A stretch of 64,000 bases of DNA, from the NCBI GenBank assembly GCA_963727445.1, contig CAVSGI010000010.1, positions 576,001 to 640,000 of the forward strand, written 5' to 3'. Below are positions 42,051 through 53,259 of the stretch, piece by piece; position 1 is the first letter of the stretch, and each line of letters starts with the position of its first letter. Under the pieces are notes generated by a model, which saw only the letters and a list, made by a program, of their open reading frames with translations, had not been told where the DNA came from and did not search any database. This DNA comes from an uncultured delta proteobacterium (GTDB taxonomy: Bacteria > Myxococcota_A > Polyangia > Polyangiales > B10-G4). The position numbers were made by a program, and so were the translations under genes.

Positions 42051-43795
42051 GTGCGCACCTCGAAGAGGAGGATCGGATCGCGCCTTCCCGACAGGACCTT
42101 CTCGCCAATCTCGCCGAAGTCGGCGCCGTCGCCCACCGCCTCTCGCGTCGCCGCTGACACCAGAATCTGCATGGGGCGCGCGATGGCTTCGAGGCGCGCC
42201 GCCACGTTCACCACGTCGCCGATGGCGGTGTACTCCATCCGTCGCTCGGAGCCGACATTGCCCACGATGGCTTCACCGCTGTGCGCGCCGATGGCGAGCT
42301 GCACCGTCACCCCGTACCTCTCCTCCCAACCGGGATTGGCCGTGGAGAGCCAGTTCATCATGTCCTCGGCGCACTCGACGGCGCGGGTCGCGTGATCGTC
42401 CTGGGCGGTCGGCGCTCCCCACACCGCCATCACACAGTCGCCGACGAACTTGTCGACGGTTCCGCCGTGACGAAAGACCAGCTCGGTGAGCACGGTGAAG
42501 AGCTCGTTCAACAGCGAGACCACCTCTTCGGGCGGGAGGCGCTCGGTGAGGGGGGTGAAGGCCACCACGTCGGCGAAGAGCACGGTGATGTCGCGCCGTA
42601 CACCTCCCAGACCCATGTCCTGCTCTCGCGAAACCACCTTGTCGACGACCTCGGCCGGCAGATAACGCCCGAGATCCGATCGGATGCGCTCCTCCTCGCG
42701 GATCTTGGCTTCGCTCTCTTCGAGGTCCCGCGCCGCGCCGCTCATCGCATCCGCCAGCAGCTCCAGCTCGTCCGCTGTCTTCACCTCCACGCGGCGGTCG
42801 AAGCGCCGGTTCGCGAGGTCGCCGGCGAAGCGCGCGAGCGCGGCGATGGGCGCGGTGATCCGCCCCGCGATGAAGAGCGCCGCCAGGAGCGCCAGGAACG
42901 CAGCCACCGCCACGGTCACGCCGACGATGCGCCGCATCTCCGTGAGCGACGCGTACGCGACGTCGCGCGGCACCTCGACCACGACCGCCCAGGGGCGGGC
43001 GTCCAGCCCCACCACCGTGCCGACAATCTCGCGACCGTCGATCGCGACCTCGCTGTTCCGCGGCACGCCCGCGCGAAGCGTCGCCGGGTCGACATCGCGG
43101 AGGATCGGGCGGTCTCTGAAGGAGGCGAGTTCGTGCGCGAGCTCGGCGTTCGGATGGGCGATCACGCGGAGGGTGTCGTCCACCACGTAGAGGTTGCCTT
43201 GCATGGTGGCGAGCTGCGCCTCGTGGATCCGTTCGACCCGATCCTGGACACCGACCAGCCTCGTCATGGCGTAGACGAAGCCCGTGGGCGTGCCATGTGC
43301 GAGGATCGGCACCGTGACCGGGAGGCGTGGCTCCCCTCCGTCGGCCACCACGGACCCGAGGGCGATGCCGTCGCGCATGGCTTCGTCCCGCAGCCCGGCG
43401 GGCAGGCGCTCGGGGAGCTCCACCCCTTCTGCGGATTCCGTCCGCGCGACGTCGATGAGCTTGCCGGTGGCATCGAAGATGGCCACGTGATCGACGCTTG
43501 GATCGCGGCCCACCAGGGCCAGGGGTACCGAGAGGCGCGTCTCGGCGGAGATGTCCTGGTCGGACAGGATGCGCGCGAGCAGCTCGAGGCTGGCCTCGGT
43601 GCGGCCAATCTCTTCCTCGATGGTGCGGCTCAAATCGTCGGCGACCGCGATCTGGAGCGCTCGGCTCTCGCGCTCGACCGTCCGCTCGTTCACGTCGATG
43701 AGGCCGAGCCCCACCAGAGCCGTCGGCACCACGGCGGCCGCCCCCGCGAGCGCGAGTAGCTTGAGCCGGAAGGGGAATCGAGGCTGCGACGCCAT
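42047..43795 (-). CDS. Membrane adenylate/guanylate cyclase (Cache-like sensor, HAMP, class III cyclase)
   Basis: Two TMs, HAMP (ITAPI..L...DELELLA), VLFADVVAFT, DKFVGDCVMA, YTAIGDVVNVAARLE; Lys in DKF suggests ATP specificity. Confidence 0.92.
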   Translation of the reverse strand: MASQPRFPFRLKLLALAGAAAVVPTALVGLGLIDVNERTVERESRALQIAVADDLSRTIEEEIGRTEASLELLARILSDQDISAETRLSVPLALVGRDPSVDHVAIFDATGKLIDVARTESAEGVELPERLPAGLRDEAMRDGIALGSVVADGGEPRLPVTVPILAHGTPTGFVYAMTRLVGVQDRVERIHEAQLATMQGNLYVVDDTLRVIAHPNAELAHELASFRDRPILRDVDPATLRAGVPRNSEVAIDGREIVGTVVGLDARPWAVVVEVPRDVAYASLTEMRRIVGVTVAVAAFLALLAALFIAGRITAPIAALARFAGDLANRRFDRRVEVKTADELELLADAMSGAARDLEESEAKIREEERIRSDLGRYLPAEVVDKVVSREQDMGLGGVRRDITVLFADVVAFTPLTERLPPEEVVSLLNELFTVLTELVFRHGGTVDKFVGDCVMAVWGAPTAQDDHATRAVECAEDMMNWLSTANPGWEERYGVTVQLAIGAHSGEAIVGNVGSERRMEYTAIGDVVNVAARLEAIARPMQILVSAATREAVGDGADFGEIGEKVLSGRRDPILLFEVRT

Positions 43796-43802
43796 CGCCG
43801 AC

Positions 43803-44987
43803 TCAGAGGTTAGTCCATACCGTTCCCGGCCCCGAGATCCATCCCTTGGTCCCGATGAAGACCCGCCCCTGCCGGTCCACGATCGGAGGGCCGAAGAACA
43901 ACAGGACGTGATCCTGGTCGACGTCCCGTTCGAGGGGCGCGACCTGAACCCCCGCCGGCCGGCGCTGCCGCTCGACCCGGGCGAGCCACAGCTCGCCAGT
44001 CGAACCATCCGTGTCGACCCGAGCGAAGGTGACGAGCGCCCCCAGCTCATCGAAGCCGACCATGGGCCTCAGGGCGAGCCCGTCGGCAAAGGGAGCGACG
44101 CTCGTGCGACGGATGCCGTTTCGGTCGACGAGCAGGTGCAGGAAGCTGATGTTGTCGTGGTGCTCGGCCACCACGTGTAGCTCCCCGTTCGGCGTGAACA
44201 CCGCGCTCGCCCGGCGGCGGATCGTGAAGTCCTCGAAAGCGTGAAGCTCCCGCGTCGGCCCGTCGGTCGACGAGAGGAAGAGCTTCGAGCGCACCGGGTC
44301 GGTCCAGGCGAAGCGCGTCCGTTCGCCGCCGACCTCGAAGGCGAGGACCTGTCCCACCTCCTCGTCGCCGAGGCTCAGGCTCTCGAAACCGTCCCCGCTC
44401 CGGCGCAGGAGCGTGGGCGCGTCGTGGCCCCGGCGGTACGCGAAGACGACTTCGCCGCCGCCGTCGACGATCAGCCAGCCAATCGACGAGGCGTGCTCGA
44501 GCTCGCGCGGCTCGCGGTGGACGACCTCGCTGAGCCACTGACCCTCGGCGCGAAAGGCGTGCACCAGCTGCGCCTCGTGGCTCTCGGTGTCGACCTCGCC
44601 GACGACGCGGAGGTACATCAGGTGCGGCTCGCCCGTGCCGTCGAAGACGAAGCGCAAGAAGGAGCCGCCCATCGGCCGAGGGAGGTCGAGGTGCGCTGTC
44701 TCCATCCCCTCCGCCGTGAGCCGGGACAGAAGGACCGTCCCCTCGTCGCTCGAATCGAAGGTGGCGAGCCAGACGTCGTCGGTCGCCGGGTCGAGAGCCA
44801 GCTGATGATCGCCCCACGAGCCCCGGGGCGCGGGCACGCCGTGGAACGTCGGGGGCCAGGGCACCTCCGGCAGGCGCACCACCTCGGGGCGGGGCGGCGG
44901 CGCTTCGGGGATGGGGGCGGACTCGTCCTCGTCGCACGCATCGCAGCCGCCGAGCACGCACAGCACGACGAGGAGCCACGGCTTCAT
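43803..44987 (-). CDS. Hypothetical lipoprotein (beta-propeller-like)
   Basis: MKPWLLVVLCVLGGC lipobox; beta-rich repeats; 7 bp upstream of the cyclase start. Confidence 0.6.
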   Translation of the reverse strand: MKPWLLVVLCVLGGCDACDEDESAPIPEAPPPRPEVVRLPEVPWPPTFHGVPAPRGSWGDHQLALDPATDDVWLATFDSSDEGTVLLSRLTAEGMETAHLDLPRPMGGSFLRFVFDGTGEPHLMYLRVVGEVDTESHEAQLVHAFRAEGQWLSEVVHREPRELEHASSIGWLIVDGGGEVVFAYRRGHDAPTLLRRSGDGFESLSLGDEEVGQVLAFEVGGERTRFAWTDPVRSKLFLSSTDGPTRELHAFEDFTIRRRASAVFTPNGELHVVAEHHDNISFLHLLVDRNGIRRTSVAPFADGLALRPMVGFDELGALVTFARVDTDGSTGELWLARVERQRRPAGVQVAPLERDVDQDHVLLFFGPPIVDRQGRVFIGTKGWISGPGTVWTNL

Positions 44988-45015
44988 CGCCGGGATGGTA
45001 TCGTCTCGGGGTCTC

Positions 45016-46326
<1,311 letters not shown>

Positions 46327-46329
46327 CCG

Positions 46330-48348
46330 TCACTCGGGGATGAGCTCGCGGGCAGCGGGGCACGCGACCTCGACGCCCGTCGGCGCTCCGTCCTGGCGCA
46401 GGATCTTGAACTCCACGCGCCGGTTGCGCTCCCAGGCATTGGCGTTGTGTCGCGGGTCCACGGGGCAGCGCTCGCCGTAGCCCGCGCTTCGAAGGCGGTC
46501 CCGCTGCACGCCGCGCTGCAACAGCCCTTCGAGCACCGCCGCGGCGCGGTCGCGCGTGAGGCGGATGTTGTACTCGTCGCTCGATCGCTCGTCGGCGTGC
46601 CCCTGGATCTCGACCAGCTCGATCTGGGGATTGCCGTTCATCGCGGCCGCCACCGCGTCGAGGATGGGGTAGCTGTCCTCGAGGATCCGCGCGCTGTCGG
46701 TCTCGAACATGATCTTGCGGAAGGTCGCGATGACGCCGCCTTCGATCACCGCCTCGCCGCGATCCGGACAGCCGTCCTCGTCCCGGTAGGCGTTGTACAT
46801 CTCGGGGTCGTTCGGGCACTCGTCGTCCACGTCGAGAATGCGGTCCTGGTCGTTGTCGGGGTCGGGGCAGCCGTCGGCGTCCTCGAAGTCGTCGCGATCC
46901 TCCGGGTCGTTCGGACAGAGATCGTCGGTGTCGAGGATGCCGTCCTGATCGTTGTCGGGATCGGGGCAGCCGTCCTGGTCCTGAAAGCCGTCGCGGTCCT
47001 CCGGGTCGTCGGGGCACTGGTCGACCTCGTCGAGGATGCCGTCGCCGTCGCGGTCGCCTTCGCTGCCTTCGGGGCAACCGTCTTCGTCGGCGTCGCCATC
47101 GCGATCCTCGGGGACCATCGGACATTCGTCGTCGACGTCGAGGATCCCGTCGCGGTCGTTGTCCGGATCGGGGCAGCCGTCCTCGTCGGCGAAGTTGTCG
47201 AAGTCCTCCGGTTCGTCCGGACACTGATCGAAGTCGTCCTTGAGGCCGTCACCGTCGCGGTCGCCGATGGAGGGCTCGAAGATGAAGCCGAGCATCGCGC
47301 GCGCGTCCGCCGTCTGGAAGCCGCCCGAATCACTGGCCACGTTGGGGATGCCCACCCCACCGCCGATCATCAGGTAGCTGTTGCGCTCGACGAAGATCTT
47401 GAGGCCGAGGATCGCTTCGAGGTTGAAGCCCTCGGCGGTGAAAGACGACACCGATTGCGTGCCGTAGGCCTCGACGCCGATCTCCACCGGATCGGCCACC
47501 CGGAAGGCCGCGCCCGCTCCGAAGGTGAGGAGATGGCCATATTGCGTGGGCGAGCCCGGCTGGGCGGGATCGATCATCGCGCCGAGCGCGTTCATCCCCA
47601 TGCCGTCACCGGTGGGGACGGTGCGCGCGCCCACCGGCAGCGTCGCCGGGTCGCCGAAGCTCATTCGATAGCCGACGTTCATCGCCAGGCGAACGCTGCG
47701 TGTGGGCCTCGCCTCCAGGGCGAGGATCGGCCAGAGCGCGAAGCCGTCACCCGCGAACTCCGAGGGGCTCCCCGTGGGCAACTCCACCAACACCAACCCC
47801 GCGACGCCAACCGGTGCGCGCTCTACGCGCGTGAAGCGAACCTTGCCGTGGATGGTGATGTCGCCGAAGCCCTGGTAGTCGAGGCCGCCCGATTCGCCCA
47901 GGCCATATCCGGTGCTCGCACCCGTGGCTGGCAGCGTGGTGTTCGGACCGCTCACCACCTGGACGGGAACCTGCACGCCCACCACCGCCAGGTTGAACAG
48001 GCCGATGTTGGCTTGAAGCGTTCCGGTGAAGAAGGTGTCGACCAGATGACCGGCGCGCTGCTCGTTCCCCGCCGCCACCGACGCGTCGTTGACGAAGGTC
48101 TGCGCCGGCATGAGCCCGAAGCCGGCGTCGAGCACCAGGCCGAAGCTGAAGTCGAGATGGCCGAGAAGATCGGTCCCGTTGACGGTGAAGATCCCCTTGC
48201 TGTCGATCGCTGGCCGGTACAGGTGCAGGTCCATGCCGCGGCCACCACCGAGGTGCGCGCCGGTGGTCTGGGCGTGAGCCGTCCCCACGAACAGGAGCGA
48301 CAGGGCGAAGAGGATCGGCGGGGCGAGGCGCGGGAGCGTTTTGGCCAT
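46330..48348 (-). CDS. OmpA-family outer membrane protein with thrombospondin type-3 repeats (TraB-like architecture)
   Basis: N-terminal beta-barrel-like region, ~7 DxDxDGxxDxxDxCP repeats, OmpA C-terminus (IQGHAD...RNRRVEF). Confidence 0.9.
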   Translation of the reverse strand: MAKTLPRLAPPILFALSLLFVGTAHAQTTGAHLGGGRGMDLHLYRPAIDSKGIFTVNGTDLLGHLDFSFGLVLDAGFGLMPAQTFVNDASVAAGNEQRAGHLVDTFFTGTLQANIGLFNLAVVGVQVPVQVVSGPNTTLPATGASTGYGLGESGGLDYQGFGDITIHGKVRFTRVERAPVGVAGLVLVELPTGSPSEFAGDGFALWPILALEARPTRSVRLAMNVGYRMSFGDPATLPVGARTVPTGDGMGMNALGAMIDPAQPGSPTQYGHLLTFGAGAAFRVADPVEIGVEAYGTQSVSSFTAEGFNLEAILGLKIFVERNSYLMIGGGVGIPNVASDSGGFQTADARAMLGFIFEPSIGDRDGDGLKDDFDQCPDEPEDFDNFADEDGCPDPDNDRDGILDVDDECPMVPEDRDGDADEDGCPEGSEGDRDGDGILDEVDQCPDDPEDRDGFQDQDGCPDPDNDQDGILDTDDLCPNDPEDRDDFEDADGCPDPDNDQDRILDVDDECPNDPEMYNAYRDEDGCPDRGEAVIEGGVIATFRKIMFETDSARILEDSYPILDAVAAAMNGNPQIELVEIQGHADERSSDEYNIRLTRDRAAAVLEGLLQRGVQRDRLRSAGYGERCPVDPRHNANAWERNRRVEFKILRQDGAPTGVEVACPAARELIPE

Positions 48349-48359
48349 GCGCCGGATAG

Positions 48360-48375
48360 AGCAAGGCCCGTGCCT
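48360..48375 (-). promoter_or_regulatory. Putative sigma54 promoter
   Basis: Minus strand AGGCACGGGCCTTGCT, close match to TGGCACG-N4-TTGC, about 12 nt before ATG 48348. Confidence 0.6.
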
Positions 48376-48482
48376 CCAAATTACCGCGATCGCGTGGGTT
48401 TTCGGGAAAGTCGGCCTGTCGGCCCGATCCGACATTTGCAGACTTCAGACGACAATTGGAGGTGCGCGGGTATCCTCCGCGC

Positions 48483-50096
48483 ATGGCCGACGTAGCCACT
48501 GTCGCCGAGCTCTTCGCCGACAAGTATCAGGTCGTCGAAAAGCTGGACTGGAACGGGCTCGCCCTCGTCTACAAGGCCGTCCGCGAAGGTGGCGCGCCCC
48601 TCGCGGTCGCGATGCTCCCCATCGACACCGAGAGCTCGCCCGAAGCGGTCGCGACGTTCAAGGCCAAGGCGTCGGAGCTTCAGCTCCTCGTCGAGCCCGG
48701 CATCGTGCGCGTCACCGGTCACGGCATTCAGCATGGCGTGCCTTATCTCGAGCTCGAGTTCGAGGACGCGACCACCCTCGCCGACGAGCTCCTGGACGGC
48801 CCGCTCGATCGGGATCAGGCCTTCGTGATCACCAGCGAGCTCCTCGACATCCTCGGGCGCGCGCACTCCTCGGGTCACTTCCACTGGGATCTCACGCCGA
48901 GCAACATCCTCCTCTCACCCGGCCTCGACGGGAGCGAGCACGCGAGCGTCGTCGGCTTCGGTATCCAGCAGATCATTCGCGCCGTCTTCGATCCCGAAAA
49001 GACCGGGCCCACCGGCCGCGGCTCGGGTCCCAAGGCGAAGCGCTACATCGCACCCGAGCTTCAAGACGGGCGCAACCCGGATGCCCGCGCCGATGTGTTC
49101 GGCGTCGCCGCCGTGCTGCACCACATGCTCACCGGCTCGCCGCCCGGACCCGAGAGTCCGGCGCCACCCGCCGATCTGGCCCAGGCGCTCGCGCAGGCGA
49201 TGTCCTCGGACCCCGCGGGACGACCCGCCGACGCCGCCACTTTCGGGTTCACGCTCGCCGAGGGCATGTCGGGCGGCAGCGGAGAGAAGCCCTCCTTCGC
49301 GCCGCCGCCATCCTCGATGCCGTTTGCTTCACCGCCCGTGCCCGCAGCACCAGCCATACCTGCGGCGCCGCCTGCGCCTGCGCCTCCGCCCGAGCCCGAG
49401 CCCATCGCCGAAGCTGCCGCGCCCGCCCCCGAGCCCATCGCCCCCGACGTCGCACCCGAGCCCCCCACGCCCGCGCTCGAAGCGCCCGCCGGCTTCCCGC
49501 CCCCCGCAGAAGAGCACGCCGGCTTCCCGGCACCCCCGTCGGAATCGGACGCCCTACCCTCGGTCACGTCGGAACCGGAGTATTCGAGCGACGCGACGGT
49601 GGTGGACGCGCGAGCGCTCAGCGAGGACGACTTCCTCCCCGCGACCACTGCGCCGCCGATCGAAGCGGCCGACTACGAGTCCCTCGGCCCCCCGATGAGC
49701 GAGGCCGCCGAGGAGGCGTCCCACGAGCTCGACGCGCTGCTCGGAGGCCCGGGCTCCGGCACCGCCGCTGACCTCGGACCACCCCCGGCATCCGCGGCAC
49801 GACCCGCAGCGCCGCCGGCCCCGGGGCCCGAAGCCGACCCCGACGTGGTCATGAGCCCGACGCCGCCCCCCGGACCCGCGCGGCCCAAGCCCCGCGATCC
49901 CTTCGCGTCCGCGCCCCCGCCGGCGGACCCCTTCGCCCCCTCGCAGCACCCGGGACCGATCGCCAAGGATCCCTTCGCAGCTGAGGAATTCGCCGAAGCG
50001 GAGAAGAAGAAGGGCAGCATGATCGCGGCGATCATCATGCTGACGATCGCCATCGGCCTGGTCGTCGCTTTCTTCATGATCAAGAGCGTCGGCTGA
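48483..50096 (+). CDS. Ser/Thr pseudokinase with Pro-rich linker and C-terminal TM
   Basis: Kinase fold motifs HWDLTPSN, YIAPE, DVFG, but no Gly-loop, VAVK->VAML, DFG->GFG. Confidence 0.75.
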   Translation: MADVATVAELFADKYQVVEKLDWNGLALVYKAVREGGAPLAVAMLPIDTESSPEAVATFKAKASELQLLVEPGIVRVTGHGIQHGVPYLELEFEDATTLADELLDGPLDRDQAFVITSELLDILGRAHSSGHFHWDLTPSNILLSPGLDGSEHASVVGFGIQQIIRAVFDPEKTGPTGRGSGPKAKRYIAPELQDGRNPDARADVFGVAAVLHHMLTGSPPGPESPAPPADLAQALAQAMSSDPAGRPADAATFGFTLAEGMSGGSGEKPSFAPPPSSMPFASPPVPAAPAIPAAPPAPAPPPEPEPIAEAAAPAPEPIAPDVAPEPPTPALEAPAGFPPPAEEHAGFPAPPSESDALPSVTSEPEYSSDATVVDARALSEDDFLPATTAPPIEAADYESLGPPMSEAAEEASHELDALLGGPGSGTAADLGPPPASAARPAAPPAPGPEADPDVVMSPTPPPGPARPKPRDPFASAPPPADPFAPSQHPGPIAKDPFAAEEFAEAEKKKGSMIAAIIMLTIAIGLVVAFFMIKSVG

Positions 50097-50130
50097 CGGC
50101 CGGCTCCCGTTTCGGTACGCTCTCGGCCCC

Positions 50131-51369
50131 ATGGGATCGAAGAAGGTGGTGGCCATCTGTGGCGGCGCAGTCGCGGGCTCGGAAGCAGCGCGCGTGTGCG
50201 TCGAATCGGGAGCGATCGCTCTCGTCTTCGAACAGAACGTTCGACCTTACGGAAAGATCGAGGACGGCCTGCCGCGCTGGCACGACAAGCTCCGCGCCAA
50301 GGAGTACAAGGCCATCGACGAGAACCTGTCGCGCGAAGGGGTGCATTTCATTCCGCACACGCGTCTCGGAGAGGACATCACCTTCGGCGAGTGGGCCGAC
50401 GAGCTCTCCGCCGTCATGCTCGCGTGCGGCGCATGGGCCGACCGAAGGCTCCCCGTTCCGGACGCCGATCGCTTCGTCGGTCGCGGCCTCCTCTACCAGA
50501 ATCCATTCGTCTACTGGTTCAATCACTATCTCGAGGACGACTACGATGGGCCGCGCTACGAGGTCCCCGACGGCGCGATCGTCGTCGGTGGTGGTCTCGC
50601 TTCGATCGACGTGGCCAAGATCCTGAACTTCGAGCTCTACGGACGTGCATTGCGCGAGCGCGGTGTCGATGTGGACGCGGTGCGCCTCGAGCACGAAGGC
50701 ATCACGGGCGTCGCCGAAAAGGCGGGCATCGACGTCGCGGAGCTCGGGGTGAAGGGGTGCACCCTCTACTACCGGCGCCGCAAGCAGGACATGCCGCTGA
50801 CCCCGGCGACGCCGAAGAACGAAGCCATGCGCGCCAAGATCGAAGGTGCGCGCCTGAAGATCGTCGACAAGCTCGAGCGCAAGTACCTGGTCCGCGTGCA
50901 GGACTGCGCGTCGCCGAAGTCGATCATCGAAGAGGATGGCCGCATGGTGGGCATGCTCTTCCAGCGGACCGAGATGAAGGACGGGAAGCTGTCGCCGGTC
51001 GAGGGCGAGGTGCTCGAGGTCCGCACCGATCTGACGGTGAGCTCCATCGGAAGCGTCCCCGAGCAGATCGTCGGGGTCCCCCACAAGGGCGAGCTCTTCG
51101 ACTACGCCGACTGGAACAGCGGAGCGCTGACCGGCCTCGAACGCGCGTTCGGCCTGGGCAATGCGCTGACCGGGCGCGGCAACATCAAGGACAGCCGAAA
51201 GAGCGCCAAAGCGGTGGCGAGCCAGGTGATGGAGCTGCCGCTGCCCGAGCTGAGCGAAGATCGGGTCGCCGAAGTACTGACTCGGGTGGCCGCACGGCAA
51301 AAGGCCGTTGGCTACGGAGGGGAATACGCCGCCTGGATCGCGGCGCATCCGCCCTTCGAGCTCCGCTGA
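50131..51369 (+). CDS. FAD/NAD(P)-dependent oxidoreductase (ferredoxin-NADP reductase/GltD-like)
   Basis: VAICGGAVAG, PYGKIEDG, VVGGGLASIDVA, YYRR. Confidence 0.8.
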   Translation: MGSKKVVAICGGAVAGSEAARVCVESGAIALVFEQNVRPYGKIEDGLPRWHDKLRAKEYKAIDENLSREGVHFIPHTRLGEDITFGEWADELSAVMLACGAWADRRLPVPDADRFVGRGLLYQNPFVYWFNHYLEDDYDGPRYEVPDGAIVVGGGLASIDVAKILNFELYGRALRERGVDVDAVRLEHEGITGVAEKAGIDVAELGVKGCTLYYRRRKQDMPLTPATPKNEAMRAKIEGARLKIVDKLERKYLVRVQDCASPKSIIEEDGRMVGMLFQRTEMKDGKLSPVEGEVLEVRTDLTVSSIGSVPEQIVGVPHKGELFDYADWNSGALTGLERAFGLGNALTGRGNIKDSRKSAKAVASQVMELPLPELSEDRVAEVLTRVAARQKAVGYGGEYAAWIAAHPPFELR

Positions 51370-51422
51370 AGGCGAAAGTGGTCCAATTGGGCCCCTGAGC
51401 GCTATGCTCGGCGTGGGCATCC

Positions 51423-52829
51423 ATGTCCGATCCACCTACTGGCAACGGACGCCCCTCGCACGTGGGGGAGCACTCTTTGTACGACGACGACGACGACGAT
51501 GATTTCGCGACCGTCGTCGACGCGTCCCTCTATGCCCAGCCGAAGATCCCCGAGTACGACGTCCTCGCGACGTTCGGTCACTTCGAGATCCTCGGCCGCA
51601 TTGCCCGGGGCGGCATGGCCGAGGTCTATCTGGCCCGGGATCGCCACCCGGACGGCAGCGTCCGCCACGTCGTCGTGAAGCGGGTCCTCCCGGAGTTCGA
51701 GGACAACGAGGAGTTCCTCCAGATGTTCCTCGAAGAGGGGAAGATGGCGACCCGCCTCTACCACCCCAACGTCTGCCACGTGTACGAGATTGGGGAGATT
51801 GGGGGCGCCACCTTCATGGCGCTCGAGTGGGTCTACGGCGTCCCGCTGCGCGCAGTGATCCGCCGCTCCTCGGAGAAGGTCGGCATCCCGACCGCCATCG
51901 GCGCCAAGATCATCTCGAAGGTCGCCGCGGCCCTTCACTACGTGCACAACGCGAAGGGCGTCCACGGCAAGTCCCTCGACATCATCCACCGCGACGTGAG
52001 CCCCCACAACGTGATGATCAGCTGGGACGGCAACGTGAAGCTGCTCGACTTCGGCATCGCCAAGACCACGGCGAAGGAGAGCCAGACCGACGCCGGCGTG
52101 CTCAAGGGCAAGTACAGCTACCTCTCCCCGGAGCAGGCACGGGGCCAGCGCATCGATGCGCGCGCCGACATCTTCGCGCTGGGGATCTGCCTCTACGAGA
52201 CCCTGACCGGCAAGCCCCTCTACCACCGCGAGACGGTGCTCAACACGCTCACCGCCATCACCGACGAACCGGTTCCTTCGGCCCGGGAAGTGAACCCCGA
52301 CATCTCGACCAAGATGGACGCCATCGTGAAGAAGGCGCTGGCCAAGGAGCCAGAGGATCGCTTCGCCACCGCCGGTGAGATGCAGGAGGCCATCGACGAA
52401 GCGCTCATCTCGGAGGGCGAGTACGTCGATGCCATCCGCATCTCGAAGTTCATCGACGGTGTCTTCGACGACAACGACAAGGCGCCTCTGCCGAAGCGGG
52501 CCGAGAAGCTCACCGGCAGCTTTCAGACCGGTACGCCCTCCATCTCGAGCGGCTCCTTCGGTCCCTTCAGCGGCGCGCCGCGGGCGCCGGCGAACCAGGA
52601 CGAGATCGAGATCGACATCGATGCGCTCGAGTCGGCGCCACCCCTCGAGCCCAAGCCCACTTGGAGGCCGCCCAAAGTCGCGTTGGAGGCGGTGAACCCC
52701 GAGCTACAGCCCGAGGTGCTGGAGGTGAGCGAGCCCAAACGGTCGATGCCGCTCTGGGTCATCGGGGTGATCTTCGTGGTCGCGGGGATCATCGCGGGCG
52801 CGATCGCCGCCTATTTCGCGAGAGGCTGA
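51423..52829 (+). CDS. Ser/Thr protein kinase, C-terminal TM
   Basis: ARGGMAEVY, VVKR, HRDVSPHN, DFG, GKYSYLSPEQ. Confidence 0.95.
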   Translation: MSDPPTGNGRPSHVGEHSLYDDDDDDDFATVVDASLYAQPKIPEYDVLATFGHFEILGRIARGGMAEVYLARDRHPDGSVRHVVVKRVLPEFEDNEEFLQMFLEEGKMATRLYHPNVCHVYEIGEIGGATFMALEWVYGVPLRAVIRRSSEKVGIPTAIGAKIISKVAAALHYVHNAKGVHGKSLDIIHRDVSPHNVMISWDGNVKLLDFGIAKTTAKESQTDAGVLKGKYSYLSPEQARGQRIDARADIFALGICLYETLTGKPLYHRETVLNTLTAITDEPVPSAREVNPDISTKMDAIVKKALAKEPEDRFATAGEMQEAIDEALISEGEYVDAIRISKFIDGVFDDNDKAPLPKRAEKLTGSFQTGTPSISSGSFGPFSGAPRAPANQDEIEIDIDALESAPPLEPKPTWRPPKVALEAVNPELQPEVLEVSEPKRSMPLWVIGVIFVVAGIIAGAIAAYFARG

Positions 52830-52830
52830 G

Positions 52831-53259
52831 CTACGCCACCACGTCGTCGTCCGGCGCGTCGCCCGAGAGGTCGCGCAGGAGCTCGGCGAGGACGCGGCTC
52901 ACGTCGCTGTGGGTGAGAATGCCGACGAGCTTTCCATGGCGGGTGACCAGGGCCGAGTCGAGGCCGGTCTCCGCCATGTGGGTGACGATGTCCGCCAGAC
53001 GGCTGTGGATGTCGACGACGTAGGGCCGGGATGCGCAGACCTTCTGCACCGTGAGGTCCGACTGTCCCGGATCGAGAGCCAGGGCATGATCGATGTGCGC
53101 CGACGAGATGATGCCGACCAGCTCCTCGTCCTTGGTCACAGGCAGATGGTGGAAGTCGTGCTCCTCCATCATGGCGCGAGCCTGGATGACGTTCTTGTCC
53201 GCGGAGATCGCGTGAGGAAAAGGCGTCATGACCGACGCGAGTGTGGGCGCCTTCTTCAT
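52831..53259 (-). CDS. CBS domain protein
   Basis: VMTPFP...HHLPV...LVGII; second CBS KLVGILTHSD. Confidence 0.9.
   Translation of the reverse strand: MKKAPTLASVMTPFPHAISADKNVIQARAMMEEHDFHHLPVTKDEELVGIISSAHIDHALALDPGQSDLTVQKVCASRPYVVDIHSRLADIVTHMAETGLDSALVTRHGKLVGILTHSDVSRVLAELLRDLSGDAPDDDVVA

Noticed and set aside
46760..47270. Repetitive DNA that could be an array
   Set aside because: In-frame thrombospondin type-3 protein repeats within the OmpA gene.
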